Shown one piece after another: positions 1 through 9,633 of a stretch of DNA of 64,000 bases. A program made the translations under genes and the position numbers. The stretch is from Guillardia theta CCMP2712 (lineage: Eukaryota > Protista > Cryptophyta): assembly GCF_000315625.1 (NCBI RefSeq), contig NW_005434634.1:520531-584530 (forward strand). Reading direction: 5' to 3'. The notes beneath the pieces are model-generated. The model did no database searches. It had not been told where the DNA came from and was given only the letters and a program-made list of their open reading frames with translations. Within the stretch, counting starts at the first letter, position 1, and every line of letters begins with the position of its first letter.

Positions 1-3000
1 ATCAGAAATAAAAGACAAACTTCATATTTTACCAGTGGCAGTGTGAGATTACAGGCGCCATTGCAGCCGTTGACACCCATACTAATCATTGATGGGCCCT
101 CGTTTATTAGCTCATGTGATATTCTTGTACTCGACGCGAGGATGTCTCAGGGGGGGGGGGGGAGAAATCTGAATTTTCAATGGGGAATCATTCCAGGTGG
201 AGATATTGAACAATTGTTAATGGCATCTATACAGGAGCAGAACATAAACGTCCTATGCCCTGATTGGGTCGATCCGTTGTCTAAGAGCATCTGTCAAGCA
301 CCTATCCTACAACTTGATCCGAAAATAATGGCTGACGGTGGTGAATATACCTTTTTGCTTACTGCCACAAATTTTTTCGATCAAATATCAACAGTACAGC
401 ACAGAGTCACCAAGGTGCCCAATGATGGAATGCCAATACTTTCGATCCAAGGTGAATCCACCCTCAGTGTAAACCCAGACGAAGACAATACAATCCGTTT
501 ATCTGTACAGTCATCAAGCTGCGGCAGCAATAATCTATCCTTTGCATGGACTCTTGTTTCTGCTTCAGGTATAGTTCTGCTCAAGAATATAGATCTGAAT
601 CAAAGGAGACTTTTCATCCCCAAGAATTCTCTTCAAGGAGGATCACAGTACACATTTATGGCGGAACTGAGCAGTCACCAATTCAATGAAACTATGACTA
701 CAAATACAACAATTCTGATAATCACGTCCGAGATATCTGCGATTGCTGCCATTTCTGGTGGAAGTCGTACATCATCTGTTGCAGATTTGAGCACTTTTTC
801 TCTACAACTATTTGGAAACATAGCCTACGAATCAGTTTCAAGAATTGAATGGTATTGCGAGCCATCACCGTGCTTCTTAGATGTCTACAACAGTATTTCT
901 GTAGATGGACGAACATTTGCAATAGCACCCTTTTCGATTCTACCAGGCTTGTACAGACTGATTGCAGCCGTGACAATGCAGCAGGGAAGTATCTCGGTGC
1001 GTTTCTCCGCTGCTGCTAATGTCTTTGTGATCCCTTCAAGTCTGTCTGCCGTTTCCATATTCTCATCGGCCATGAAATTCAACTCCAAGCAAACCGTGAA
1101 TCTGATTGGCTCCCCTCAGAGCTACATTGACAAGACATTAAATTACGAATGGTTTCAGTCTCGTGGAGGACAGAATTTGCTTAGTGACAAAATCACAAGT
1201 ATTTCAAGCAGATTTTCGGATACACTTGGTTTTGCCAAAAATGCCTTGATGGAGGGTATGCAATATCGATACCGGCTCGAAGTTTGGAATCAAAATGGAT
1301 TTGGATTTGCTGAGATCGACATTGCTGTAAGCAAGGCGCCCTCAGGAGGAACTTTTGAAGTGAATCCATCGAAAGGGTTTGCTGTTGATACTAATTTTGA
1401 ATTAAGTGTGTCGCGTTGGACAGACTCTCCAGAGAATCTGCCGTTGTCATATCTTTTCAGCTATGTGTTAGATGTTGAAGATAGCACAAGTACAGCCGTC
1501 CCTTTCATCTACACCGACAAACCTTTTCAAAATGTGAGGATTCCGAATACAAACAAAGCAGTGCGCAATTCTTCCTTGATAGTACAGATTTTTAATATGG
1601 CTCATAGCGGAACAACTATCAACAGAACAGTCGAACTGAAAACGCCTCTAGATCCTTTTAGTTCAGCTGCAACCCTCCGCTCCCTGATTGAAATTTCTTC
1701 ATTGGCTCAAGATTTTGATAGCTTGATCATTCTGTCTTCGTGCTTAAGCAGTTTGCTAGAGACTTCATTAAGTCCTACGAGAAGAGACCAATCTACATTT
1801 TTCTGTCCAAACGATGGGACAAGTTGTGATAATGACGAGATCAGGAGCTTTCTCTTCCAGAAGGTGAAATCTTCATTGCAATACATCAAACCTGTTGCAG
1901 ACGAAATATCTATGCTTGCCAATTCGATTCAGAAAACGACCACTGCTCGGATGAATCGTACAAGTCAGATGCTGAGTTTATTGCTAACACAACAAGTCAT
2001 TCAAGTTGGAGTCGAGCAAACTTCTCTTGGTCAGTTTGGTACGGATGCAGTGATTGAGACCTTCAGTCAGCTCCTACTAGCAAACAACTACACCGTTGAT
2101 TTTGCTTCGATGAATCAAAGCGAGCGAACAGCACAAGCCATTTCAGGCTCATTGGATCTTATTCTGAATTATACCTCATCTCAAATGTTTGTCGGGCAAA
2201 TCCCTACGCGATCAATCGGAAGTCATCTGCAGTTTTTCGTCGCAAAAACCAGAGGTATAAATGCAACGTGGTCATTAAACGTTTTGTCAAATCAAAATCT
2301 CGCTTCAGGCGCGTTGAATACTTTGATTACGATCCCGAGTGACATAGTGGACAATGCGACTGCAGATTTGCTAGCAAGCGTGGACACTAGATTCGTGCAA
2401 TGGGGCAGTAATCCACATCCAACACTGGAATTATCCCTCGGAAGCAACGTCCTTGGAGTAAAACTGGCACTCACTTTTGCGGATCAAAGCTCCGTTGAGC
2501 AAAAAAGCATAAAAGAACCGATTCAGATCGTTTTCGCAAAGACAATAGGCGAGCGGACTTTTGATATCTTCGATCGTTGTAGATATTGGGACGCTCAAGG
2601 TCAAGTGTACTCAAGAACTGGAACCATTGCAAGCAATACAACGCAAGGCTCTGTAGCTTGTCAAGTATACCATATGACGGATTTTTCTTCAGTATTGCTC
2701 AGAGACATTGCAAGTCTCGATAAGATCTTGAACATCGAAAATCCGAATCCTTTCGTGAGGTGGACTCCTGATCGGACAGTTGCTGTCGTTACTTTGCTGG
2801 TGTTGTACGTTATCTATGCAATTTCATGCTATATTGGGCGAAGAATAGACAAAGCATCCTTGAGAATCCTTTCCTCGAAATTGCAGGAGAAGACCGCAGA
2901 TCCAAGGTATTCCATGCACCGTACCATGGAAGAGTTTAATCGCGCAAGAGATTATGTGATGATCAAGTCCATCTTAAAGCAAAGAATGGCAACAAGATAC

Positions 3001-4581
3001 AGATCATGGAAAATTCAAACTCTGCAACTTTTGAAGACTGAGCACGTGTTAGGGGGAATTTTCTTTCGACCTGTTTACAGCTCTTTCACGAGACCCCGAC
3101 GAATCACTTCGCTATTTGTTATGTTCTTTGGAAACCTCGCATTAAACATCCTATTTCTTGGTCAGGGTGCCTTTGATACAACATCGCGTGTGAGTGCAGG
3201 AATCGTCTCTGCCCTAATCGTCCTACCCATTGCAATTGTTTTTGTGTCAGCATTTAAATCAATCGATAGCGACGACACATGGCAGATGCATCGAAGGCGT
3301 CGAGTGCGTCGAGTGCAGGAATCAGTTGTGCTAAAAGAAGTAGGTAGAATGCTTGATGGCGTTGAAGACACATCCACAGCGGCACCGGATGTCAAAGGAT
3401 TGGAGGACCCTTCATCTGTGGCTCCTCCATTGCCCACGAGTGTACGTCCGGAGTTCATACGAAAGGCTTCAAGATCCAGTGGCTCACCGTCAACCCAGCC
3501 AGGCGCCCCTGAAGATGTACAGGTGAAACAGCAGCAAAAGGGAAAAGCTACCACGAGCGAGCGCTTCTTTCGCCGTAACTTGCAAGCGATCACTCCTGAA
3601 CTCATAGCGGGGACATCTGCAGAACTAAGCCACCTTCCCGAGTCCGACCAGGGAAAAATTCAGCATCGACCACAAAATGCTGGAAATGATTCGGCCCCTA
3701 ACCCTCCTCCTCCTCCAAAGGGGCAAAACCCACGGCCAGCCTTCGGGCGGGCCCAACGACCATCAAGCAATCAACCAATCATTATGAGCGTCAGGCCGTC
3801 TCCCCGTCAAACATTCAGACCTGTCAAGATGTCAAATGCTCTGGAATCCAACAAGAGCAGGAATGCTCTAGCACTACCAGGGCTGCAGTCTGAGAATCGG
3901 CAGTCAGCGAGTAATCAAAAATTCCCTTCCATTCCCGCCCCTCCTCCTCGAACACTTGCAGGCTCGCGGAATAGGCCATCGTTGACATCCAACAGGAGCA
4001 TCTCGACAAGAAACCTTCCTCGGCGCTTGTTCCCTCTCAATTCAGCAGTGAGGATGGGAGTACGAGGAGAATCCTCAAACCTTTCAAACCTAAAAAGAGG
4101 TGGCAACGTGAGGATGACAGGCTCCAGGAGGAATCAAATCCCTTCCTCGGAGACGCTTCCACTACCAACCGATGCCTATGGGCCTCTAAGCCCAATCGAA
4201 GAGGGTGATGAAGAGCGACGTGAAACAGCAACTTTACCAACTCGTGTCAAACCAGCACGACTGCTTGCACAACGGAGGCTAGATTGGTTGCGAAAACAAC
4301 TCCTGGACAAATCGCAGGCTCGTGTCAACGACCTTCAGCTTTTGCTACCACCGAAATTCTCTGTAGCAGTTTACATTCTGGCGATGTTATGGATGCTGCT
4401 GTGCTCGTACTTCATTGTCATCCATGGGATTCGATTCTCACCCCAAATGGAGGAGGCTTGGCTGGTCGCTTTTGTCGTCTCAGTAATCCAAGATATCCTC
4501 ATACAACAGGTATTGGTCATCGTTTTCAAATCTACTTTCCAGAAAGTTCTGCTTCCAGCAGCTCTGAAGAACGTCGTTTAA
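1..4581 (+). CDS. Polycystin-1-like protein (REJ domain, GPS motif, 5 TM segments); 5' end probably lies outside the window
   Basis: 1512-aa ORF. REJ-like repeats (LDARMS..GG..LNFQW; PSGGTFEVNPSKGFAVDTNF..WTD..LPLSYLFSY). GPS CRYWD...CQVYHM|TDFS at about 2578-2690. TM1, then a PKD1-type EHVLGGIFFRPVYSSFTRPRRITSLFVMFFGNLALNILF TM2 motif, TM3, a Pro/Arg-rich loop, TM4-TM5 and the stop. Confidence 0.85.
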   Translation: MRNKRQTSYFTSGSVRLQAPLQPLTPILIIDGPSFISSCDILVLDARMSQGGGGRNLNFQWGIIPGGDIEQLLMASIQEQNINVLCPDWVDPLSKSICQAPILQLDPKIMADGGEYTFLLTATNFFDQISTVQHRVTKVPNDGMPILSIQGESTLSVNPDEDNTIRLSVQSSSCGSNNLSFAWTLVSASGIVLLKNIDLNQRRLFIPKNSLQGGSQYTFMAELSSHQFNETMTTNTTILIITSEISAIAAISGGSRTSSVADLSTFSLQLFGNIAYESVSRIEWYCEPSPCFLDVYNSISVDGRTFAIAPFSILPGLYRLIAAVTMQQGSISVRFSAAANVFVIPSSLSAVSIFSSAMKFNSKQTVNLIGSPQSYIDKTLNYEWFQSRGGQNLLSDKITSISSRFSDTLGFAKNALMEGMQYRYRLEVWNQNGFGFAEIDIAVSKAPSGGTFEVNPSKGFAVDTNFELSVSRWTDSPENLPLSYLFSYVLDVEDSTSTAVPFIYTDKPFQNVRIPNTNKAVRNSSLIVQIFNMAHSGTTINRTVELKTPLDPFSSAATLRSLIEISSLAQDFDSLIILSSCLSSLLETSLSPTRRDQSTFFCPNDGTSCDNDEIRSFLFQKVKSSLQYIKPVADEISMLANSIQKTTTARMNRTSQMLSLLLTQQVIQVGVEQTSLGQFGTDAVIETFSQLLLANNYTVDFASMNQSERTAQAISGSLDLILNYTSSQMFVGQIPTRSIGSHLQFFVAKTRGINATWSLNVLSNQNLASGALNTLITIPSDIVDNATADLLASVDTRFVQWGSNPHPTLELSLGSNVLGVKLALTFADQSSVEQKSIKEPIQIVFAKTIGERTFDIFDRCRYWDAQGQVYSRTGTIASNTTQGSVACQVYHMTDFSSVLLRDIASLDKILNIENPNPFVRWTPDRTVAVVTLLVLYVIYAISCYIGRRIDKASLRILSSKLQEKTADPRYSMHRTMEEFNRARDYVMIKSILKQRMATRYRSWKIQTLQLLKTEHVLGGIFFRPVYSSFTRPRRITSLFVMFFGNLALNILFLGQGAFDTTSRVSAGIVSALIVLPIAIVFVSAFKSIDSDDTWQMHRRRRVRRVQESVVLKEVGRMLDGVEDTSTAAPDVKGLEDPSSVAPPLPTSVRPEFIRKASRSSGSPSTQPGAPEDVQVKQQQKGKATTSERFFRRNLQAITPELIAGTSAELSHLPESDQGKIQHRPQNAGNDSAPNPPPPPKGQNPRPAFGRAQRPSSNQPIIMSVRPSPRQTFRPVKMSNALESNKSRNALALPGLQSENRQSASNQKFPSIPAPPPRTLAGSRNRPSLTSNRSISTRNLPRRLFPLNSAVRMGVRGESSNLSNLKRGGNVRMTGSRRNQIPSSETLPLPTDAYGPLSPIEEGDEERRETATLPTRVKPARLLAQRRLDWLRKQLLDKSQARVNDLQLLLPPKFSVAVYILAMLWMLLCSYFIVIHGIRFSPQMEEAWLVAFVVSVIQDILIQQVLVIVFKSTFQKVLLPAALKNVV

Positions 4582-4737
4582 GTGATCGAGTCAGATTGAG
4601 CTAGTCGCAACACGCAAGGTGATGTTTTCCTGTCAACTTGCAGTGAGGCCTCCCTAAACTTAGCCTAAGAGAGATCAGTAGCTTTATTTCAACTAAGTAA
4701 AATCAATAATTCTGTAATACTAAAAGATGATGGACTG

Positions 4738-5988
4738 CTAAACAGGTGCTACAAAGGTCCTGATGTTCCACATCATGTGGACAGCAATAGGGACGATCAG
4801 ATTCCCAGTTCGGAAGTAGAGGAGAGACCACAGGTAACCCATCAGATAAAGATGTGCAAAGGCGCGCGGATTCATATGATTCAAGGCAAACACCAAGCTT
4901 GCCAAGTCTGTAGCAGTTGACAACGGCATCATGTGACTGAATGATTGCAACAAGTAGCCGCGGTACAAAATCTCTTCCCATATCGGACCTGTGAAGCAAG
5001 GCCCGATGCCTCCAACCACTCGAGCAATGAGGTCATCTCCTTCTGGTCGTTTCAACTTGTCCACAACGGTCTCTGTCGCGCTCTCCGGAAGCGATTGCAT
5101 CATATCATAGAAATTCCTCAAAATAGGAAGATTGAGAGACGAGAGAAATGTTCCCATGAGAAGCCCGAACGACGAAACAAAGCACGTGATCAAGTAGCCT
5201 ACAATTATGCTAACAAATGTGATGTGATTGGGTCTTTCGATTCGGAACCAATCCTTCGACGAGAAGAAGTTCTTCGTCCTGTTCTGGAGGATGAGACTTC
5301 CAGTGAAGACCCAGAACAAGTGCGAGAGGAGCACTTGCAGGGCACGTGAGAACCCGATGGTTATCGGCACATCCAAGATAGAAAGAGCACAGAGAAGGAT
5401 GTCAATGAACTGACTCAGATACGAAGAGCTCAGGTAGGCCATGCCCAAAAGGATGTAGGTCTCCGTGGTGTGGGATTTGCTTTGCGACGTGGCTGTGCTC
5501 GGCAACTTATCTTCATCAGTAACTGAGAGAGCAAGGTTTGCAACACCCTTATCAGATCTCCGAGATCCATAAAGAACTAAACCTAGCAGTGTGATGCCCC
5601 CAACGATCACTTCGCCAGACACACTTGGTCCCTTGGGTCCGAGGGGAGAAAATGAGCTTGGAGACACAAATTTCACATGTAGAGCAAACGCTATGATTGC
5701 ACCCAACGCTGCACCGAGAGTCTTTAGTGACACTGGAAAAACTGCTGAGGATCGCTTGCCATCACTGCTAGCTCGGATCTTAGTCCTGATGCTCTGCACG
5801 ATTCTATGACCAACCCACGGACGCATGTATGTCTGAGATCTTGGGTGCAGAGGCATGGAGGCAAGCCGTGATCGGCTGTTGACCCTTGTTATGAATTGAG
5901 GGGAGAAAGCATCGATAATCCCCCAGCAGGCTGCCACCAGCAGCATCCCCAGCTTCCTCCTCCATTGCCGACGACGGCCTCCGTGCAT
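4738..5988 (-). CDS. CPBP/Abi (CAAX protease-like) intramembrane glutamic endopeptidase with bipartite plastid-type presequence
   Basis: Motifs EEILYRG, FALNH and HMMWN; several TM helices. N-terminus MLLVAACWGIIDA|FSPQ followed by an Arg/Ser-rich transit-like region. Start uncertain. Confidence 0.85.
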   Translation of the reverse strand: MHGGRRRQWRRKLGMLLVAACWGIIDAFSPQFITRVNSRSRLASMPLHPRSQTYMRPWVGHRIVQSIRTKIRASSDGKRSSAVFPVSLKTLGAALGAIIAFALHVKFVSPSSFSPLGPKGPSVSGEVIVGGITLLGLVLYGSRRSDKGVANLALSVTDEDKLPSTATSQSKSHTTETYILLGMAYLSSSYLSQFIDILLCALSILDVPITIGFSRALQVLLSHLFWVFTGSLILQNRTKNFFSSKDWFRIERPNHITFVSIIVGYLITCFVSSFGLLMGTFLSSLNLPILRNFYDMMQSLPESATETVVDKLKRPEGDDLIARVVGGIGPCFTGPIWEEILYRGYLLQSFSHMMPLSTATDLASLVFALNHMNPRAFAHLYLMGYLWSLLYFRTGNLIVPIAVHMMWNIRTFVAPV

Positions 5989-6885
5989 TGTCCCGACAAA
6001 TTCGAGTGTGAACCGGTAAACTGGGTGACCACCGGCTGCCGGAGGCTGCGCCGCTCCAGGCCGGGCTGCCAAACAGAAGATTTCGGATCATCGCGCAAGT
6101 TATGGCACCCAGGCCTTTCTTCCCTTCACTGCAGGTACGGATGGTCTTCTTCATGCTGACGCTGAAGAAGATTTTCTTTCATACAGGGCTGTTTGATGTG
6201 CAGCTAGAGAGTGAACCGAGGCTCATAACCGACGGAGCACAAGTTTGTTAGAATGGTACTGTGCCAAAGTAATGCAGACATCCGATATCGACCTCAGCTG
6301 CAACAAGACAGTTTTTGCTCAAGACTGAGTTTGATGCACATGAAACATAGAAGGGCTCCTCTTCGACACAAGCTTTACATTGCCGCCTCGAAAACAGTGA
6401 CTCGCCACGTACCGTACTACTGAGGGTACGGTCACCGACGCCGGTCGTCTTCAAGAGAGTTCTGTTAACTCGGAGACACGGCTGGCATGCGATCCATCAC
6501 TTTACTGTTGCCCAAACAGGCTGTCATCAATGATGCCTGCCAGATTCCCGGTGAACGGACATTTGTGCCGCGGCCTCGGACCAAGTTCAGTGAGTATGTA
6601 GTAGTTTATTGACTGAAAAAGAAAGGCAAACCCGCCTCAATAAAATACTGCCAGCATGCACGTAGTCACTGAGTAGTAGCACTGAGTAGGTCTCGTAGAA
6701 GGAGAATGATTCTCTTTTGATTGACTGAAGGCTTCGGACTTTTGACTTTTTTTTCCCCTTCTGACGGCCATCAAGACCAAGAGCCGGTGGGCAAGGAGTG
6801 AGAGGGGAGCGGAGGAAGGTAAGAGAGGAGAGGAGGGAGTCAGTGATGCCCATTACTCAATTTTCAGCTTAGCGGGCAGGAAGTC

Positions 6886-9516
6886 ATGGCATCGAAGATA
6901 GAAAGGATAGAGGATAATGTCTCAGAGGTAATGATACTTCGACTGTGTGTTATGCATGATGTTGAGTCAACAGTCCGGAGATCCATCTGCATTTCTGAAC
7001 AAACGCTGCAATGTACGGAAGGTTTACAATGTTGTCAAAGCAAAGCTTCATGCTCGAAAACTAGGAGCATCGGTATGTGGAGGCATAGCATCGAAACTGA
7101 TGCTTCCTGACTTCGTTCAGTTTATGCGGTATGGATGCTTTTTAGCAATCTACATAGCAGTGGTTCTGGATCAGAAAAATGCGACAGTCAAGCAATCCCT
7201 GGATAATGCGTTCGACACATACTTTGTGAAAGGTTTTCAGGAATTCTGTGTATTGATTTCAAGTTGACACGAATGATCAAGCAACTTTCCGAGATCCATC
7301 TTCTCTCGAATTTAAAGGATGGTATGACATCGTCACCATTGACGATTTCTGGAATTGGTTAGAACACATTTGTAATGATTTCATGGATGACCTGGTGAAT
7401 GTAGGCACCAATATCTTCTTATTCCTCGCTTGATCATCGAAGACAATTACGATTATGGCTCTCCGCCACTTCTTCCAGAACAGGCTAGTAGAATGGATGC
7501 TGGGGAGAAATTTTTTGTATGACAGAATATCAAAAACACAGAAGTACAAAATCTTAATGCATAACAAAATTACTGGTGGATTCACGATGATGCAAAGAAG
7601 AGCCGACACTCGGTAAAACTTTGAATTTCAGATAAGTGAATAACTCATGTCTCGACTAGGACGTGTCCGATCTTACGCAAGTATCTTGAATTCATGCCAC
7701 ACTGCACCTATGAGTTATATGCCAGCGGCACTGTGGGCAAAGTCAATCGGTAAATACCTGGATTGCATAGCGCATGATTGAAAAGTGTGTGTGTAGGTCA
7801 ACATTCATTGGCGCGAGGGGCGAAGTATTTCGATACGACGAAAGGCCTGCTGTTTTCCCTTATCAGGACTTTGGGTACTTTGAAACCTTTCCGAGGAATC
7901 AGAGTCTCGCTCTACAGAGGCTGCTCGAGTTGAAGGTAGTTGCTGTTCTGTGACAATTGCTTCTGACCGATTCCTCCATTCAGTCACAGAGATGGATTGA
8001 CGCTCAGACAAAATATTATCGATTGGATTTCGTATCTTTGAATACCAACGTGGGGCTATTCACGTATGTGAAGCTAGTTGCAAGATTCAGCAACACAGGA
8101 TCGATTCTTCTTAGTCATGATATTTCAAATCTTCCGGCGTCAACATACCGAACCTCTCGTCAAAAACTGAGGTATTGCTCGATGGTATGCCACCGACATG
8201 ACTTATGGTTGCAGGTTTGCCGGTGAAATCATCCTGATTCTTTTATGGTCATTGTACGTCCTACACGAAATAAAGGTGATTAGGGAGAGGTCAAGAGAAA
8301 AGGACAGTCTGGCGAATGCCTTGTATCAAAGTGCAAAGCGGCTATCAACTCTGCAGCTCTTGATCTTTGCCTGTATTATAGCAATGTGGGCCACAATTGT
8401 GCGAGAGCTCGAATCTAAGTACTCCAACCTGATCATCACAAGCCACGCCATTACCACCAAGAACCCGCCGAATCAACCTCCAGACTTTTTTTATGTCATT
8501 GCTCTGGTGGATGCCTATTTCATCTTGAACGGCATCAATATGCTCTTGTCTTTCTTTCGATGTATCGAGTACTTGGAATTCAATTATTCTCTTTCTCGAT
8601 TGACGGAAACATTCAAGTTCATGAGGAAAACTTTGCCGCAATTCCTTTTGATCTTCTGCATAGTTGTCCTTTCTTTTATGCTAATGAGTCATCTCATGTT
8701 TGGATCGAAGTTGGCGATGTTCTCATCTTTTGGATCGGCACTGTCAGGAATCTTCTCAGTGTTGATTGGTGACATCAATTACTTTCAGCTCATGGACGCG
8801 GACTCGGTGGCAGCGCCCATCTTCTTCTATCCGCTTCTGTTTGTGATGATCTTCGTGGTTTTGAATCTCGTGATTGCAATTATCATCGATGCTCATGTGG
8901 CGATGACGGCTGAGAAGGATGTTGCTCTCCGCTCATGGATGAAAGATGTTGTCGACTTGCCCCTTACCACGCAGCTCTGGGATGGTGTCCTTCATTACCT
9001 GGAGCCGATTCGCTTCCTGTTGCCACATGCTCTGTCCGCTAGGTACGATCGAGTGAGCAAGGAGAACATCATCGACGCCTTCAACGTCTTGGAAGGGATT
9101 GAACTTCCCAGTCATGACAAATCACAAGTCAACCTCGAACGTATCTCTCTCATGGACTTGCGGCTGCTTCTTCGGGATCGCAACATCACCGAGCAGAGGC
9201 TGGCTTCGATCTTCGAGCATTATGGAGCATGGGCTGAGGAGGAGGAGCCGGTGGATACTGAGGTGACTTGTTCAAGATTTCTTCCGACACTGATAGAACT
9301 TTTCAGAAACTTGCAGATACTGACAAATTGGCGTATGCTGAGTTGCTACAAGAGGCCACGAGTGGTGCGTGTTGTTCGCTTGCGATTCAGTTCATGACGT
9401 TTCCAGCAGAGATCGAGAAGCTGTTGTCAGAGATCCAAGCCTCCATGCAGTTTTCTCAAGACCTGCAGAAGGAGGCTGAAGAGCAGCTGGACTTGCTTAT
9501 TGACGCTCACATCTGA
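6886..9516 (+). CDS. PKD2: Polycystin-2-like (TRPP) cation channel, multi-exon
   Basis: Spliced exons give S1, a TOP domain (DDFWNWL; NKITGGFTMMQRR; RWIDAQTKYYRLDFVSLNTNVGLF), S2-S6, pore SVLIGDINY, PIFFYPLLFVMIFVVLNLVIAIIIDAH and a C-terminal coiled coil. Confidence 0.88.
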
Positions 9517-9633
9517 GAGGTGCTAGGGATGTACTATGAGGAGGAGGAGCGAGGGCGGACAGAGAAGGGAGGGGCTTGCCAAGGGGGAGGCAGGAAGGCA
9601 TAGACATTGTAGATTTAATTGCAGAAGGAAATT

